Made by a program: the position numbers and the translations under genes. A stretch of DNA of 64,000 nucleotides. Origin: Octopus sinensis. Its lineage: Eukaryota. The stretch lies in assembly GCF_006345805.1 (NCBI RefSeq), contig NW_021836133.1:188148-252147 (forward strand), written 5' to 3'. Of the stretch, positions 11,752 through 24,900 are shown piece after piece; the first letter of the stretch is position 1, and each line of letters opens with the position of its first letter. The notes beneath the pieces were generated by a model, which was given only the letters and a program-made list of their open reading frames with translations, searched no databases and was not told the origin of the DNA.

Positions 11752-12370
11752 AGGATATTTTTTTCAATATGTAATTCAGAATTGTTGATATCCATGTTTG
11801 TTAAAAATAACTTTCGCTTCAAAATCATATTATCTGTTGAGAATCACAATCAACCATTAAATTCAGCACTGGTAATATTAAAGCCTTTCGAATAGTATGG
11901 AGTTTTCCTGATTTCGCTATCAATTGTGATATTTTATATGATGGCCTTTTTCAAGCATTTTCGAATTTTTTGTAAATATTGGATTAATCATAAGACAATT
12001 TTCATAATTAATTTCAAATTCGTTGTCCTTCTTTATTTGGGCTAATTTCCAATTATACGGCCAACCATCTTCCCTTATCTTTGATTCCGACATTATCCCG
12101 TCTGCTTCTGGAGTTCAACAGGGAGACCATCTGTTGCTACTCCTTTTCTGTTTTGGAATCCCTGAGGTGACCAAGCTTATATTTTCCCCACTAAACTTTG
12201 GTATCTCGACGACGCCACTCTCGGTGGCCCGGACATCGTGTTATTATAATTGTTTCAATTTCATTCCATAACTGAGGATATATTTACATGTAACTCAGAA
12301 TTGTTGATATCCAAGTTTGTTAAAAATGACTTTAGCTTCAAAATCATATTATCTGTTCATAATCACAACT
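11752..12370. repeat. About 100-bp imperfect direct repeat pair (11752-11850 and 12275-12370)
   Basis: Shared tcagaattgttgatatcca..gtttgttaaaaat..cttcaaaatcatattatctgtt. Confidence 0.7.
12020..12240 (+). mobile_element. CRE-like reverse transcriptase fragment
   Basis: SASGVQQGDHL..LLFCFGI..SPLN..YLDDATLGG, broken by frameshifts. Confidence 0.75.
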
Positions 12371-13759
12371 ATAGTGCTTCATTAAAGAATCACTGTTGTA
12401 GTTCATTGCATCAAATATGGATGTTTGTAATCTTGAGAATTAAAGTTTACATGGATCAAATATTGCTAAGTTTGTTTAATAAGACATCATTTGTTTAAGA
12501 TCCATATCTGTTATAGGATTCGGTTATTGATATTCGATAAAAACTTAAAACGGAATTTGCTTCCCAGTGGCATGGATGGTATCAAATGTGACATCTTTGA
12601 CTATTTCTGTATATTATACAGAAATTTTCCGATCATACATTTAGCTCTATCTTTACAGACATTCACAAATTTATTCTAATTTAACAGTTTAGTTACTCAG
12701 AAGATAAAATTTTAATTGATACTGTATCTGGTAGGATCGGTCCTTTTCTATGAGAAAGCGAACCTTATGTTTATTCTAAATATTGTATAGGTACATTCTA
12801 AGCGATTTCAATTTCAAAAGTGAAGGATAATCTAGACTAGTATACATAACTTTTTTTACTCGTCACACCTTTTGAACTTTCTTCGCCCAACCAATGAAGC
12901 ACTGAGCCAGGGTAGACCACCCATTTCATTCTCTTCCCAACACTTTGGAAAGAACGCATCAACATATTAGCTTCGTTTTGATGTATGAATGTAAAAAAAT
13001 TTATAAAATTTCGTTTAATAGTTTATTTTTTTCCAGAAAAAATGAAAGAGGCAAAAAATTAAGACAATTAATTTTATTTATATGCCCCTTGGAACTGAAG
13101 ATTCTTTGATAGAGCTTCAGAGTCTGCTTTTATATTCGTCAGACTGAGTCGAATATTTCCATAATGGATATTTAGAGTGTTTTTTCCAATAGTTAGAATA
13201 TGTTTTAGAAGACTAAATCTTTTCTCGACTAAATAAGTTGGTAAACATTATAACATTATGGTTAATTCTTTTGATTATAATGGAATATTTGCTGAAATAT
13301 AATATGCTTCAGTTAAATTTGATGAAAAATCATTTGTATTAACAGGAGTGGGAATACTCGTTTAAATCTTTATTTTGGAATCCTTTATATGTAAAATATG
13401 TTTTGCGTAAATCTGTATCTTTCCAAAAACCATTTATTCGGCATGTTAAATAAATATCGCAAAAATTACAATATAAAGCCCTAGCTGGATGTGATTAGAA
13501 ACTCCTTTTTATATTATTATTTTAGATTCAAAATATCCCATAGATAATTAAAATTGTTAATTTGATGATTTTGATTGTCCCCGTCGTCGAAAAAGAAGTT
13601 GGTATGTTGTTACACCAGAAGTCTTCATTAATGATAACCGGTTAAATTCACATTGTTTGATATTTAAACAGACTGACGATATTAAATGTTATTTATTTTA
13701 TTTTCTAAATATTTTTAATTTAGTGAATTAAATATGATAAATTATTCACGTGTTAAGAG

Positions 13760-14390
13760 CAGTCGAACCCCGCCCCAATCAAAACCCCGGTTTGGGGCAA
13801 CCTCGCTTTTTTTGACAATTTCTTCCGAAAAACACAACATCTTTGATTCAACCTCTAGACATGGCTATAATAAAATGTTTTAAAGTACAAAATGTAGTGT
13901 TCGTTTTTTATTTTGGTTTACTGTATATTACACAAACATCCTAATATATTTTATGTTCAATTTGAAAGAAGATACAACAATTAATCCTAAATCTTTGAAA
14001 AATATAGATAAGCGAAAGATTATGGTACTTATTAAAAAAGCGTGGATGGAAGTTAAAGAAACAACAATAATTAATTGTTGAAAGAAAATGGAGGAAAATA
14101 GAGAATAATTAGTTGAAGATAAAATTTCCGGGAAGAAGTCCTGTAAGAAATAATAGCTGAAGTAATATCTGAAGAAAATGAAGATCTAGTCAAAAGTCGC
14201 GAATTTTATAATGAATTGGGACAGAGGACAAAACAACGATATTAGAAATGATCGATAAGTTGGAAAATGTGGTGAAAAATACAACTTTTGAGACACTCCA
14301 AAAATATTATGAGTTTAGATTTAACTTGGAAAAGATTTAAGAAATAAGAAAAATTTGAAATTGACTGATTATTTCAAAAAAAATGTTTTA
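13760..14390 (+). mobile_element. pogo/Tigger remnant: TIR joined to transposase C-terminus
   Basis: cagtcgaaccccgccccaat resembles the TIR ending at 50705. Translates to TSLIQPLDMAIIKCFK, IKKAWMEVKETTIINC and LTDYFKK. Confidence 0.65.
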
Positions 14391-15299
14391 AAAAAAATGA
14401 TTTATTAATTAATCAAAATCAAATGAAAAAAAAGAATAGAAATCTATCAAACTATAGAGCAAAAAAGCACAACTTATTGTATTATCGCCATACAAACACT
14501 TTAGAAGATGTGAAAGAGTTCTTTGTATGCAAAGTAAACCAAAATTTAAATTAAATGAACTATAAATCAATAGTTTGAACCAGACCCTTGTTTAGAAAGG
14601 CACCTTTGTTTTTTTGAAGATTAATTAAATTGACTACTGGTAAACCAATCAAATGGATGTTCGGACCTGGTTTATCTTAATGAAGGATTCGTTCCATAAT
14701 CCTTTTGAATTCGAACCTTTTAAGTAATTTTAAATTTAATTCATATTTTGACACATACACTCTCAACGTTCTGTTCATTCTGTATATTACGGAGAACCCA
14801 AGTTAACTTTTGGGAAGGTGAATTCGAATTTATCTCTGTTGAATTATCATATTGTTCTAGTGGAACTGAGAATTTTCAGATATTGCATTCTTTAACAACC
14901 TAACAAATAATCTATCTTTTCAATATAAAAAAATTCTCGTTTACATAAGGGTTTGAAAGTATTATGTTTTTTAAAAAAATTTCTTAATAAAAAATATTTT
15001 AAGATTTTAATTGATATTTTTTACAAATAAGAAAAAATCAAAATGCTTCACAAATCATTAAGACGCAGAAATTTACTTAAGACAGACATTTATTTTTATA
15101 TCAGAAATGTATTTTATTTGCAAATTCTGTCTTTTTGAATGTTCTATCTGTACATTTTGGAAGGAAATTTAAGTTTATTGTTTTAAGCATCAAATAATCA
15201 TGGTATCGTCGATTTATAAATTCGTCTCTGTTTATTCGGATTTTTTATTAGCAAGCAATTAAGACAATTTATGTTATTTATTTTTTTTAATTATTTTCA

Positions 15300-16110
15300 T
15301 AAGTATTTTCTTCGTGGTTCCATCGTCCATTTGAACTTTTACCATATGATACAAGAGAATTTCAGCTATTGTACAAACTTGTCAGTATTGTCTTTCGAAT
15401 TTCTTGAGTGCAAATGAGAGATTGGTAACACAGTTCTTTTGAATCCTTATCTGCAATTTAGAATAATCTGAGTTACCTTACCTTAAATTTTGAATGAATA
15501 TTTTATTCGTTGTTTTACAGTAAAGTATCTTTTAGCCACATGTTCTCGTGATGTTATGTCCACAATGCGATTGTTTCAGGTAGATATTTTTCCATTGACC
15601 TTAACCCCTAAAAATTTTTTTAGGAAGAAAATATGAAAAAGTTAACACAAGTTTAATAACCCCTAAACAGACACCTAACCTAACCCAAAACTTATTTTTG
15701 AAAATCAAGTTGTCAGCTTTTCTAATTTTAAGAAAATTTTTTAAAATTAAGATTTTAGTTTTTTTAATCATGAGAAATGCAAATTTTCTATATTGCGACA
15801 ATCTCCTTGTATTGTGAAATTCTTGCCAGTCCATAAATAACAAAGTACTTAGTTACATTCAATTGTTCATATAAAGTGCATTTTCTATTTTGAACGTTTA
15901 TATCGGTCATGACGAAGCAAAAAACAATCGCCAATTTTGTTGGAGGTTTAGTAGCCATGCATCTTTTGACTTGACAAAAAACAAACTTCTTTATATATTC
16001 TTGAATTTCTTTTCTCTTTAGGTTGTACATTTTCTTTAAAAGACTGTATAGTCTGTATCTTCCAAAATGGTCATAATTGTGTTCAGCCTACTTTTTGATC
16101 AGGAACACCA
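15300..16110 (-). mobile_element. Ginger-like integrase remnant (zinc-binding region and C-terminus)
   Basis: DHFGR..NLKRKEIQEYIKKFVFCQVKR..TKPP resembles a degenerate H2C2 region. Confidence 0.45.
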
Positions 16111-16329
16111 GTTACCTCAATTGTTAAATTTTTTAATTCTGCCTAATCAAAAATAAAAAATCAGCCTGAATCCATTTTCAGGTAAAATTGTTTTTTATTC
16201 TCAAATTCAAAAGATTCGGATAATTTTGTGTTTCTCTCCATAGTTAGAATATTTTTTAATTGGCTAAATCTTTTCTCGACTAAATAAGGTGGAACCATTA
16301 TAACATCGAGGTTATCTCATTCCAAAAAC

Positions 16330-16900
16330 TAGGAAATTTTCTTTACTTTTTTGATCACACGACATGTATAACTGAAGCTAACAAGTGATTTCGAAATAAA
16401 AAGTTCGAAATACAATGCCGTTTCGTCACAATTAAACACGTTCGTAGGTTCATAAGTTCGAAATAATAATCATATTAGTCAAAAAAGAAAGGAAACAATG
16501 ACCTGTCAGACGATTCTGGCATCTCCATGAATAGTTTTGTTAATATTTCATACCTTTTTTCAAAACGGTCCAATCATTCATTCGATGCTTTAAACGAGTT
16601 CAAGTGGAGTTCTTGGGTAATTTTTAACACAATATTATTAAACAATGTTCCTGAAACTGGAATTTTATAATCCCTAAATCTTGGAAAGCTGAAAAGGCTA
16701 ACTTTTCTATCTCCGAGAAATTAGACAAGTTTAAATCAATTTTTATTGATTGATTTGACGAATACTTATCCTGACTTTGATTAGAAAACGAGTGAGACGA
16801 TTTTTAAGCCGATCCTTTTGGAAATAGTCGTGACTAAATTTAGCACAATCTAACAAACCACTCTGAAAACGATGACTGCATACTAGTTATTCAACTATTA
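16330..16900 (-). mobile_element. pogo/Tigger transposase remnant
   Basis: FKASNE*LDRFEKR and NVFNCDETALYF motifs. Confidence 0.7.
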
Positions 16901-17349
16901 TTGTTACTAATTTCAAACATTAAAGAATACGCGTGTGCGAAATCCAAAGTAATTTTGTTCTTTTGTCTCCACTTTTTTTGCACCTTAAATGAAATGCTAT
17001 CTGTGCTGGATTTGCAGTTTATGTTAAAGAAAATTTTGAAATTTTTAAGACTTTTATTGAGATGAAAAATATGAAGAAAAACTTCGTGAGAAAATTTTGT
17101 ATTATTAGAGATCAGTTCAATTTATTTCGATAGAAAGATGTGTTCATGCCTATCTTGTCAATTACAATGAAATTCAACATTGTTCGTCAACATGAACCAA
17201 GCTAGTATTAGATAAGGGTTCACAAATTTTGATTCTGATCTACGAATTTTGTTTATTTAGTTTTCTAACCTAGTAAAAGTTTGATGACTTGGTCGGTAAC
17301 ATTTGGCTTTTCAAATTTCTTATAATGGCTTTAGATATACGTGATTAAA

Positions 17350-17560
17350 GGATTGGGCGTTTTTTTCTTTTTATTGTAGAAATAATGAGTACATTTGAAA
17401 GCTTAGTAGATCATGAATAGAGAATAAGCTGTTCACAAACGGAGAATGCAGATAAGAAACGTTTATTCTAGGGTATGAAGAAATGTTGAACAAATATGTT
17501 GTAAAATATTGAAATATTTTAATAGAATAAGTTCCCGTTTTTATTACGGCGACATTCAAT
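17350..17560 (-). mobile_element. hAT C-terminal dimerisation remnant
   Basis: Frameshifted (C)EQLFS motif, similar to the copy at 31123-31494. Confidence 0.4.
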
Positions 17561-18112
17561 TTTCAGGATATAATAACGATTAATGTCAAGATATTTATCA
17601 CTTGTTCTGTCAATTTATTCCCGTTCTTAAACCCACAAAGAGCAACAACACATGAATTCTGGGAATATACACTCGGAGTGACCTTAAAGAATGAAATGAG
17701 AGTTTGGCTGTGCTTTTCAACAAAATGAATTTCCCGCTTTCATGGATAATAAAGACTTGAGGAGTGAGAATGAGGACTTTGACTGGCTCCCCGAACCACG
17801 TAGTGACCTCATAGGGGAGGTCGGGTGGGAGAAGGAGAGAGAGCAAGAAAAGGGTTGTATCCACAACATGTTTGTATATTATTCCAGCAGTTCTACCACT
17901 CCTAACTCATTCCTTTATAAGCCAGGGAATGCACGTGCCATTTCAATGTCTTTGATGTAGTACAGTCTGGTAGGCAATTAGGGGGGTCACCAAATATGCA
18001 AATCTTGGATTAAAACACAAACTAACTCCGTGTTAATGAACTGAACCTAGTTGTCTACAAAACTTGTATTTTGTTGATTAACCACTATTCCGAACATGCC
18101 TATTTGTTAGTC

Positions 18113-18869
18113 CAGCGGTTCTCAACCTTTTTTAGACTGGGGACCACTTTTGCACTATAAAATTTTGTGGGGACCACCTTAAATAAAATAAACATTTTTT
18201 GGTATTAGCGCACAATTTTTGGCCTCGTCAAGGCCAGTTTAGACATGTTCGAATATTTATTATAAAATAACATGAACATTATGAAAATAACAGAAAATTT
18301 AATAGTAATTTAGTGAGATTTCTGATCTTGTTTGCTCAGAATAATTTTACTTATATCAGGCTCTATGTTCGACAAAGCTACTCGCATATCATCTTGTACC
18401 CGTAGTCTATTTCTATATTTTGTTTTTAGAAAAGTCAGACACGACATCGCCATTTCACAGTGATAAGTAGTGGGGAATACAAGTATTGATTCCAATGCAG
18501 TTTTACTAAAAATGGGGAATTCTTTATATTGTTATTTTTCGAAAATTCCTGGGGACCACTAAAAATTTTCTGGGGACCACGATTGAGAACCGCTTGATTA
18601 ATTTCAATGTTTTTGATTTATACTTAATTGTAAAATTAGTTTTAACTTTAATATATTGTTATTTTTCGAAAATTCCTGGGGACCACTAAAAATTTTCTGG
18701 GGACCACGATTGAGAACCGCTTGATTAATTTCAATGTTTTTGATTTATACTTAATTGTAAAATTAGTTTTAACTTTAATATATTTTTATTTTTCGAAAAT
18801 TCCTGGGGACCACTAAAAATTTTCTGGGGACCACTAGTGGTCCCCGGGGACCACGGTTGAGAACCGCTG
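18113..18869 (-). mobile_element. Non-autonomous hAT (Buster-type), internally deleted
   Basis: TIRs cagcggttctcaacc / ggttgagaaccgctg and an exact 8-bp TSD tgttagtc (nnnTAnnn). Transposase tail FPTTYHCE..KTKYRNRL at 18310-18495. Confidence 0.95.
18527..18869. repeat. 127-bp tandem repeat (about 2.7 copies) of the hAT terminus
   Basis: Units start at 18527, 18654 and 18781. The first two contain the pseudo-end gattgagaaccgctt. Confidence 0.95.
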
Positions 18870-20590
18870 TGTTAGTCTATTTAAATAATAAGTAAATGGG
18901 AAAACAACAAAATATATAGTCATATTGGCCGGTCTAATCCACTAACAGTCCATTAGCCTGTAGGGAGTGGAGTATGCTCACTCGCCCTTTTACAACGACT
19001 AACTACCGTCGACCGTGCACTCACAATCTTCTAGGGATATTCAATATCTGCATGTACAACACGTCAAATCTGTTCCTCCGCGCACACCAACTGTCCCCAC
19101 AGATATGTCCACAATGGGTAGGACAACTGAATGGTCTTCCCTACCTGTCACCACACAACACAAACATAGAGAGAAACACTCTCTCGACTGGTATATCTTG
19201 CCCCCACTCGTCCTCACCCACGATGTCGGATACCCACATTTCATCTCCCCACTATTAGGCAACCCCTCATCCGCGAAGTACACATTAGATGCTGAGTGGG
19301 AGTAGATTGCCTGCGTGTGTCGACCACCACATATCCCTGCCGTGTGCCCATCACCAGTCTGGTTATAAACTACTCGTCCTAATTGAGTGACACACTCAAA
19401 AAGAGGGTGCACTTGGTATATTCTACAGTTGGGTTGAATTTCCTTGGGCTGAATTTCCTCCGAATATTTGACTGTCTTCCAACACCTCAGGTCCTCAAGG
19501 ATGGTCATTTCCGCATTTGCACAAACTTGTATTTGGTAGTTGAAATTGATAGTAATATTATAACTATCATATATGTTTATTTTAAAACCTTAAAACCTTA
19601 AAATTTTTAAATTTAATAAAATAAATAAGCTAGTGGTTGTGATGCTCACGTTTACGAACAATGGTGAGCTAGTGGGCCACTGGAGAGTGTCTTTGGAGTA
19701 TTGGGGGGCTGGGAAGGAGACATGGCAGTCATTTTGCAGACATATCGCGCCTGTAGTGATCGCCGGAACACTCTGAGTGCAGACTGTAAGGCTCACAAGC
19801 CGGAAATATTGCTTGTGACAAATATGTGTACAAATAATGGTGACCTCACAGAGAGTGCTACCCGTCATGCCAGGCATCCATTGTTAACATAATGCTACCC
19901 CCATCAAGCCACGGGAGTGTCCCCACATGTCCTCCCCAGTCTGATGGTATGATCTGCTAGCCGCCCCTTTTCTTTTATACACGTCTGCCTCCTATTCAGC
20001 GAGTTTTGTTGATTTGTCCTGATCATTTGACTGGTTATCCTGTTTGACTTATCTCTCTTACTTCTATTTGGATTGATTAGGTTTATTTTGTCGGTGATTT
20101 CCTACCCAGCATGAGTGACCCAGAATATCCAAATGACAAGGAGGGAGATCAGTTGGAGGGGCACTACTGGTGTTGTCGGTTTATTAGAGACGGGTACAAC
20201 ACAGCAGTGTAGTGTGGTGAATATAGCCAGGATAATGGTAGACTGCACTAAAAACACTAACAGCATTCGAGAATATCAAATAGCCACTTTAATCATTGAT
20301 TGTGTGTTTAATAACCAATTGGAGAAGGTGGAATTCACAGGCTGCCCACTACTACGATCGAGTAACATGACTAAGGAGGCGATTGTGTTGTTTTTTGTCC
20401 CTCAATGGTAGGGAAGGCTTATACTCTCCGAACTCAGGTTTTCAGTGGACGGATTAGCCTTGAGAGGTCATCGACATGTGAGGATTGTCAATGGTTGGCA
20501 AACTATTTGATGTTGAAGTTGACGTTTCATCCATGTTCGGAGAGTGAAAGTAATAGTCAAAGCTTAATCAGCTTATCTTTTATAGAAATA

Positions 20591-22244
20591 CAGTGACTCC
20601 TCTGAAATTGGCCATTTTTGGTTCCACGTGTTTTTGTGGTCAATTCGAGAAATGGCCAATTTGAGAAATAAAATCAATCTTTTGTGTAAATTAAATTTTG
20701 AATAAGAACAACTTTTATCCAGAAAATTTTAAGTAATTAAGCATTATTAATGTTCTTAAAGTAGAATTGGATGCCCATCTGCTTTTTTTGAGTTTAATAA
20801 TGACATTTTCCTTATAGCGCCTTATGGATGTAATCAATTGAACTTCATGTTCGTTCTCAATGTTTTTTAGGAGGTCGTTTTCAATTTTAGTTAACTTAAC
20901 CACAATGTCTTATTTGTCAATTGAATCATTGGATTCTACTTCATTGGATTCTACTTCAGCTTCTACTTCTTCTTCATTTTTTATATTTTCAATATCCTCA
21001 ACGTCTTGAAATGTATCATTTCAGAATATTCAAAATTAAGAAATTCTTCGACTTCTAAGGGATCAAAAATGTCAGTTTTTTCTACTGCAATATCTTGAAC
21101 TTCAACTACATGATTCTTTTTGAATGGGTTGCTTAATATTCCGAAACAATTTGCAATCGTTTTTTCAGACACATCTTCCCAAGCCATTTTTACGAAAATT
21201 ACAGTATCCTTTAGAGTTAACTTTTTGTAGGAACTGTATACTGAAATATTTTGCTGTTCCAACAAATCAGTCAAATACATTAACTTGTGTCGAGTAAAAT
21301 GTGTTTTAAATGTTTTTATTATACCCAAATCCACAGGTTGAATAAGACCAGTACTATTTGGAGGAAAAAACAATATTTTTATGTTATCCAAATTTGATGG
21401 AACACAATGTGAAGGACAATTGTCCATGAGAAATAAAATTTGCTTTTTTTCATTTTTGAGATGGTAATCAAAGTTAGTAAAAATTGTTCCTGTCATCCAA
21501 GCCAGTTAGTAAAAATTGTTCCTGTCATCCAAGCTCGTTTTGAGCTATAATAATCAATGAAACATTTATAGTCAAGATTTAAAGCATCTTGGCATTTTAG
21601 GTTTCGAGATCATCACAGGTTTCAATTTATGATTTCCACTCATATTTGAACATAGCATAATAGAAACAAGATCTTTGAAATTTTTATATCCTTGAAATCT
21701 GTTTCTACAAATACTCTTCGAAGGAATCAGCTTGTAATACAATCCCGTTTCGTCCAAGTTATAAATTTGATCGGCATTATAACTCTTTGATATTTCTATG
21801 AATTTTTCGATAAATAAGTCGACATCTACTGGATCATTAGTTCTCATTTCTCCATGTAACTTGGTCATTCGAAAACCATGCCTCTTTTTGAATTTATGAA
21901 GGTATCCATTTGAGTTTTTAAAATTATCCAGTTTTAATTCAGCTGCGAATCTATCAGCCAAATACTGACATGAAACATCTTTATTTTGATTTTTATGAGT
22001 TAAAATCTGTATTTTTTGATAAAAAGTGAGACGAGTATAATTACCACGAGAATTGTTCGAAGACATAAAATAACTGAAATTTTATTAATTTGCAAATTAT
22101 ATAAAATATGTTTTAAAATTTATGGTCAATTTGAGAATTGGCCACTTTCAATGGAAATTCGAATTTTTCTTAAGATAATTTTATAAGTGTGGTCAATTTC
22201 AGAGGTGGCAATTTCAGAGGTGGCCAATTTCAGAGGAGTCACTG
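20591..22244 (-). mobile_element. pogo/Tigger element with both TIRs, defective transposase
   Basis: 24-bp TIR cagtgactcctctgaaattggcca at both ends and TA TSD. Motifs IYNLDETGLYY, LMDNCPSH and IQPVDLGII. Internal deletion in the HTH region and a 30-bp tandem duplication at about 21475-21535. Confidence 0.95.
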
Positions 22245-22413
22245 TATGGCCATTCTGATGTCTTTGGGGTCAAGCAAAGTGACTGGTCGAACTAAGGTAT
22301 GTAAATTTGCTAGTAGAAATGTATATTCATCTTAATCTGCATCAAATGGATAGATTGAATATAATTGGAAGTTTTGGGATTTTCTTTTTATCAGAATAAG
22401 TCGTGTACTCGTC

Positions 22414-23253
22414 ACTTCGATTGACTTTACGACAGTTTCATTAACGAAATTTATAAATCATTCAGAAAACGACCGTTATTTTTTATTCCAGTTTATTCGA
22501 ACGAGAAAATCACGTTTCTCTCTCCGTACCTGATAAGCCGATTCATCACATGTCATTAACAACTATTCATGTCAGTATTTGGAATATGTGGATTAATATG
22601 CAGTTGACAGAAATAATAATCAGACTACGAAGGCTTGTTATGAGTAGTTATGCCATAATATGAGTAGTTAGCTCTACGAAAACATTCTAAAGGGAAGGTG
22701 GAGCTAGACTGGCCATAGGGAGTATGGTTTTATTTATGATTAGTAAAAAATGAACTTACAAAATTTAATTAGATGTACTTTTTATGGACCGATTAGAAAA
22801 ATCTAAATAAAAGATACAGATAATTATTTCAATAATAATTATAAACTATTTTTCATTAATTATTGTTTAATTATCTTGATTTTTAATGACAAACCTAATA
22901 GATTTTTAGACACGTTTTATTTAGTTTGTTGTACTCTCTATTAATTAGCTTTGCTTTATTTTTTGTATTAAATTGGATTCAGAAGGAATATTTTGTGATG
23001 AAGTTTCTTTCAGTGATTTAATTATCTGAAATTTCGTCATTTTTGTGATATTTTCCGATTTTATTCCTCTAATCTGTTTCTAATTTTTTTCAAATTATAT
23101 TCCTCTCATTTCAAAGTTTTTGACCAGAAGGACTGTTTTCGGTCGTTTTACTTGTCTTCACGGCTTCTTAATTTCAGTTTATTAGTTAATGAAATTAAAA
23201 ATTCTGCAAAAATTTCTACTTTAAAAACGGAAAAAACAAAATTAATCATAATA
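22414..23253. repeat. Dispersed repeat, copy B (copy A at 1672-2447)
   Basis: Matches copy A, with an extra segment at about 22640-22735. Confidence 0.9.
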
Positions 23254-23582
23254 GTTGTAAAGGATTGTTGTTTCTTCTTTTGTATTGAAAAGAATTGTTT
23301 TAAGGATTTCTCTCCAAATTTGAATTTGACTCAATTTGATTTTTTTATTTCCTACAAACTCTTTTATTATTGAAGATATTCGATTCTCCATTGAAATTAA
23401 TTTATTAAAAAATCTTATTTAAATTAAGCAATCCTTCAAAAACTGTCAAGTCACAATCGTTTTCGATCACTAAGTGAATAAAAAGTATGACAAGTGAAAT
23501 CATTATAATTAAAGCTAATATTGTGAATAATTCATCGGTTAGACATTTAATTGATATATTTTTCAAACTGTATTTGTTAATG

Positions 23583-24500
23583 TACACCCCTCGACATTAA
23601 AATCCGGACAGTTAATAAGTCGTCATTTTTATTATCAATTTTATAAAATTAAAAACTTGTTTGCAGAAAAATACTCCTTTGTTGCTTTCGAATATGACAT
23701 GGGGCATTGTCTTGTTGGAATATGAAGCTATTTAATCCCATTTTAATGGCTGATTTTACCAGATTGTTGGCAAGAATGTTTATATATTGTCCTGAGTTTA
23801 TTTTTTCATCGATGAAACATAACGAACCCATTCCAAAATATGAAAAGCATCCCCAGACCATAATTTTGCCGCCACCACACTTAACAGTTGGGTGATAATT
23901 TGAATTTTTGAATTCATTTCCCCTTTTTCGGTATATTATTTGTCTTTATGGTGCATAATAAACTTCAAAAGTACACTCGTATGAAAAAATTACTGATCTC
24001 CATCCTTCATCATATATATCAACGAATATTTTCGATATTTCATATTTTTGAGTATGTTTTTTTTACTTAATAACGGTTTTTTCTTTGCTACTCTTCCAAA
24101 TAAAACATTCTTATTTAAATTGCGAGTAATTGTTCGCGGGGAAATTACTTTTTGAGTGATGGTTTCCATTTCTAGAGCGAGGTCTTTAGCAGATTTTTCA
24201 CTATTGGCTTCAGAAAGTTCCACTAACATTTTGATTTTGTTTGTATTGAGTAATGTTGGTCGTCCAGACCCACTTTTTCTATAAATGGTTCCTGAGTTTA
24301 TGTATTTTCGAATAACATCGAAAACGGTCGATTTCGGAACTCCGAGGATATCAGAAATTCTCCTATAAGAAAAATTTTGCTGGTAATAAAAAATAATTTG
24401 TCCTTTACAAAAAGAATCCATTAATTTTTTCTAAAATATTTAAAAAAAATTAGCTCTTTTAACTATAATAGCAAAAGTATCCGGAATTTTACGCCACTAA
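23583..24500 (-). mobile_element. Tc1-like element, decayed and 3'-deleted
   Basis: HTH region and GRPTLL in ORF 23990-24421, then VWGCFS...FQQDNAPCH. Degenerate aaaatccgga terminal motifs. Confidence 0.85.
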
Positions 24501-24900
24501 AAACAGTTTAAAGTTTCTACTAGCAATTAATCAACTAAGAATTTCTACTAGCAATTAATCAACTAAGAATGTCCTTGTTTGGTCAATAAATGTGTAATGT
24601 TTTGTCATACGCATTTATGCACTGGATTCCGTCCTCTATGTCCTCTGAAGCCCAAATCTAGTTCTGAGAGAGTAGATAACTGACATGGACAATTCGTAGG
24701 ATTCTCGTCTATTTATTGACCACAAACAAATATCAGTCAACATTGCCAGTCGATGTAACAGAACAGACTGTGCTTGGTCGATTAGGTACCAACTTTAATG
24801 AGATGTACGAGTTGTAGGACCCCTGTCTTTTAATATAATTATAAGAATATGTTTATATATATTTGTTGGGTGGGTGGTAATAAATAAAATTGAGGTTTGA

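Larger units (their letters stand above)
17600..18960 (-). pseudogene. PRMT5: PRMT5 N-terminal (TIM-barrel) relic interrupted by a hAT element
   Basis: WNNIQTCCGYNP..LLLPPDLPYEVTTWFGEPVKVLILTPQVFIIHESGKFILLK aligns with recalled PRMT5 [44 protein letters not shown]. Contains stops, and no catalytic domain follows. The extension beyond 18050 is weak. Confidence 0.7.

Noticed and set aside
15600-15700. cctaacctaaccc motif suggesting telomeric repeat or a Helentron/DINE-like element
   Set aside because: Only about two units, and no matching subterminal inverted repeats or hairpin were identified.
18527-18869. Regularly spaced repeats superficially like a CRISPR array
   Set aside because: The spacers are identical (a plain tandem duplication), the context is eukaryotic and there are no cas genes.
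22700-23260. A minus-strand frame that reads like protein if TAA/TAG encode Gln (ciliate-type code)
   Set aside because: TGA stops also occur, the frame is broken in copy A, TAA is common by chance at this AT content, and the real genes here end in TAA.
24690-24800. WYLID..VL.RLA resembling ribosomal protein L13
   Set aside because: Spacing is wrong and downstream L13 motifs are absent.
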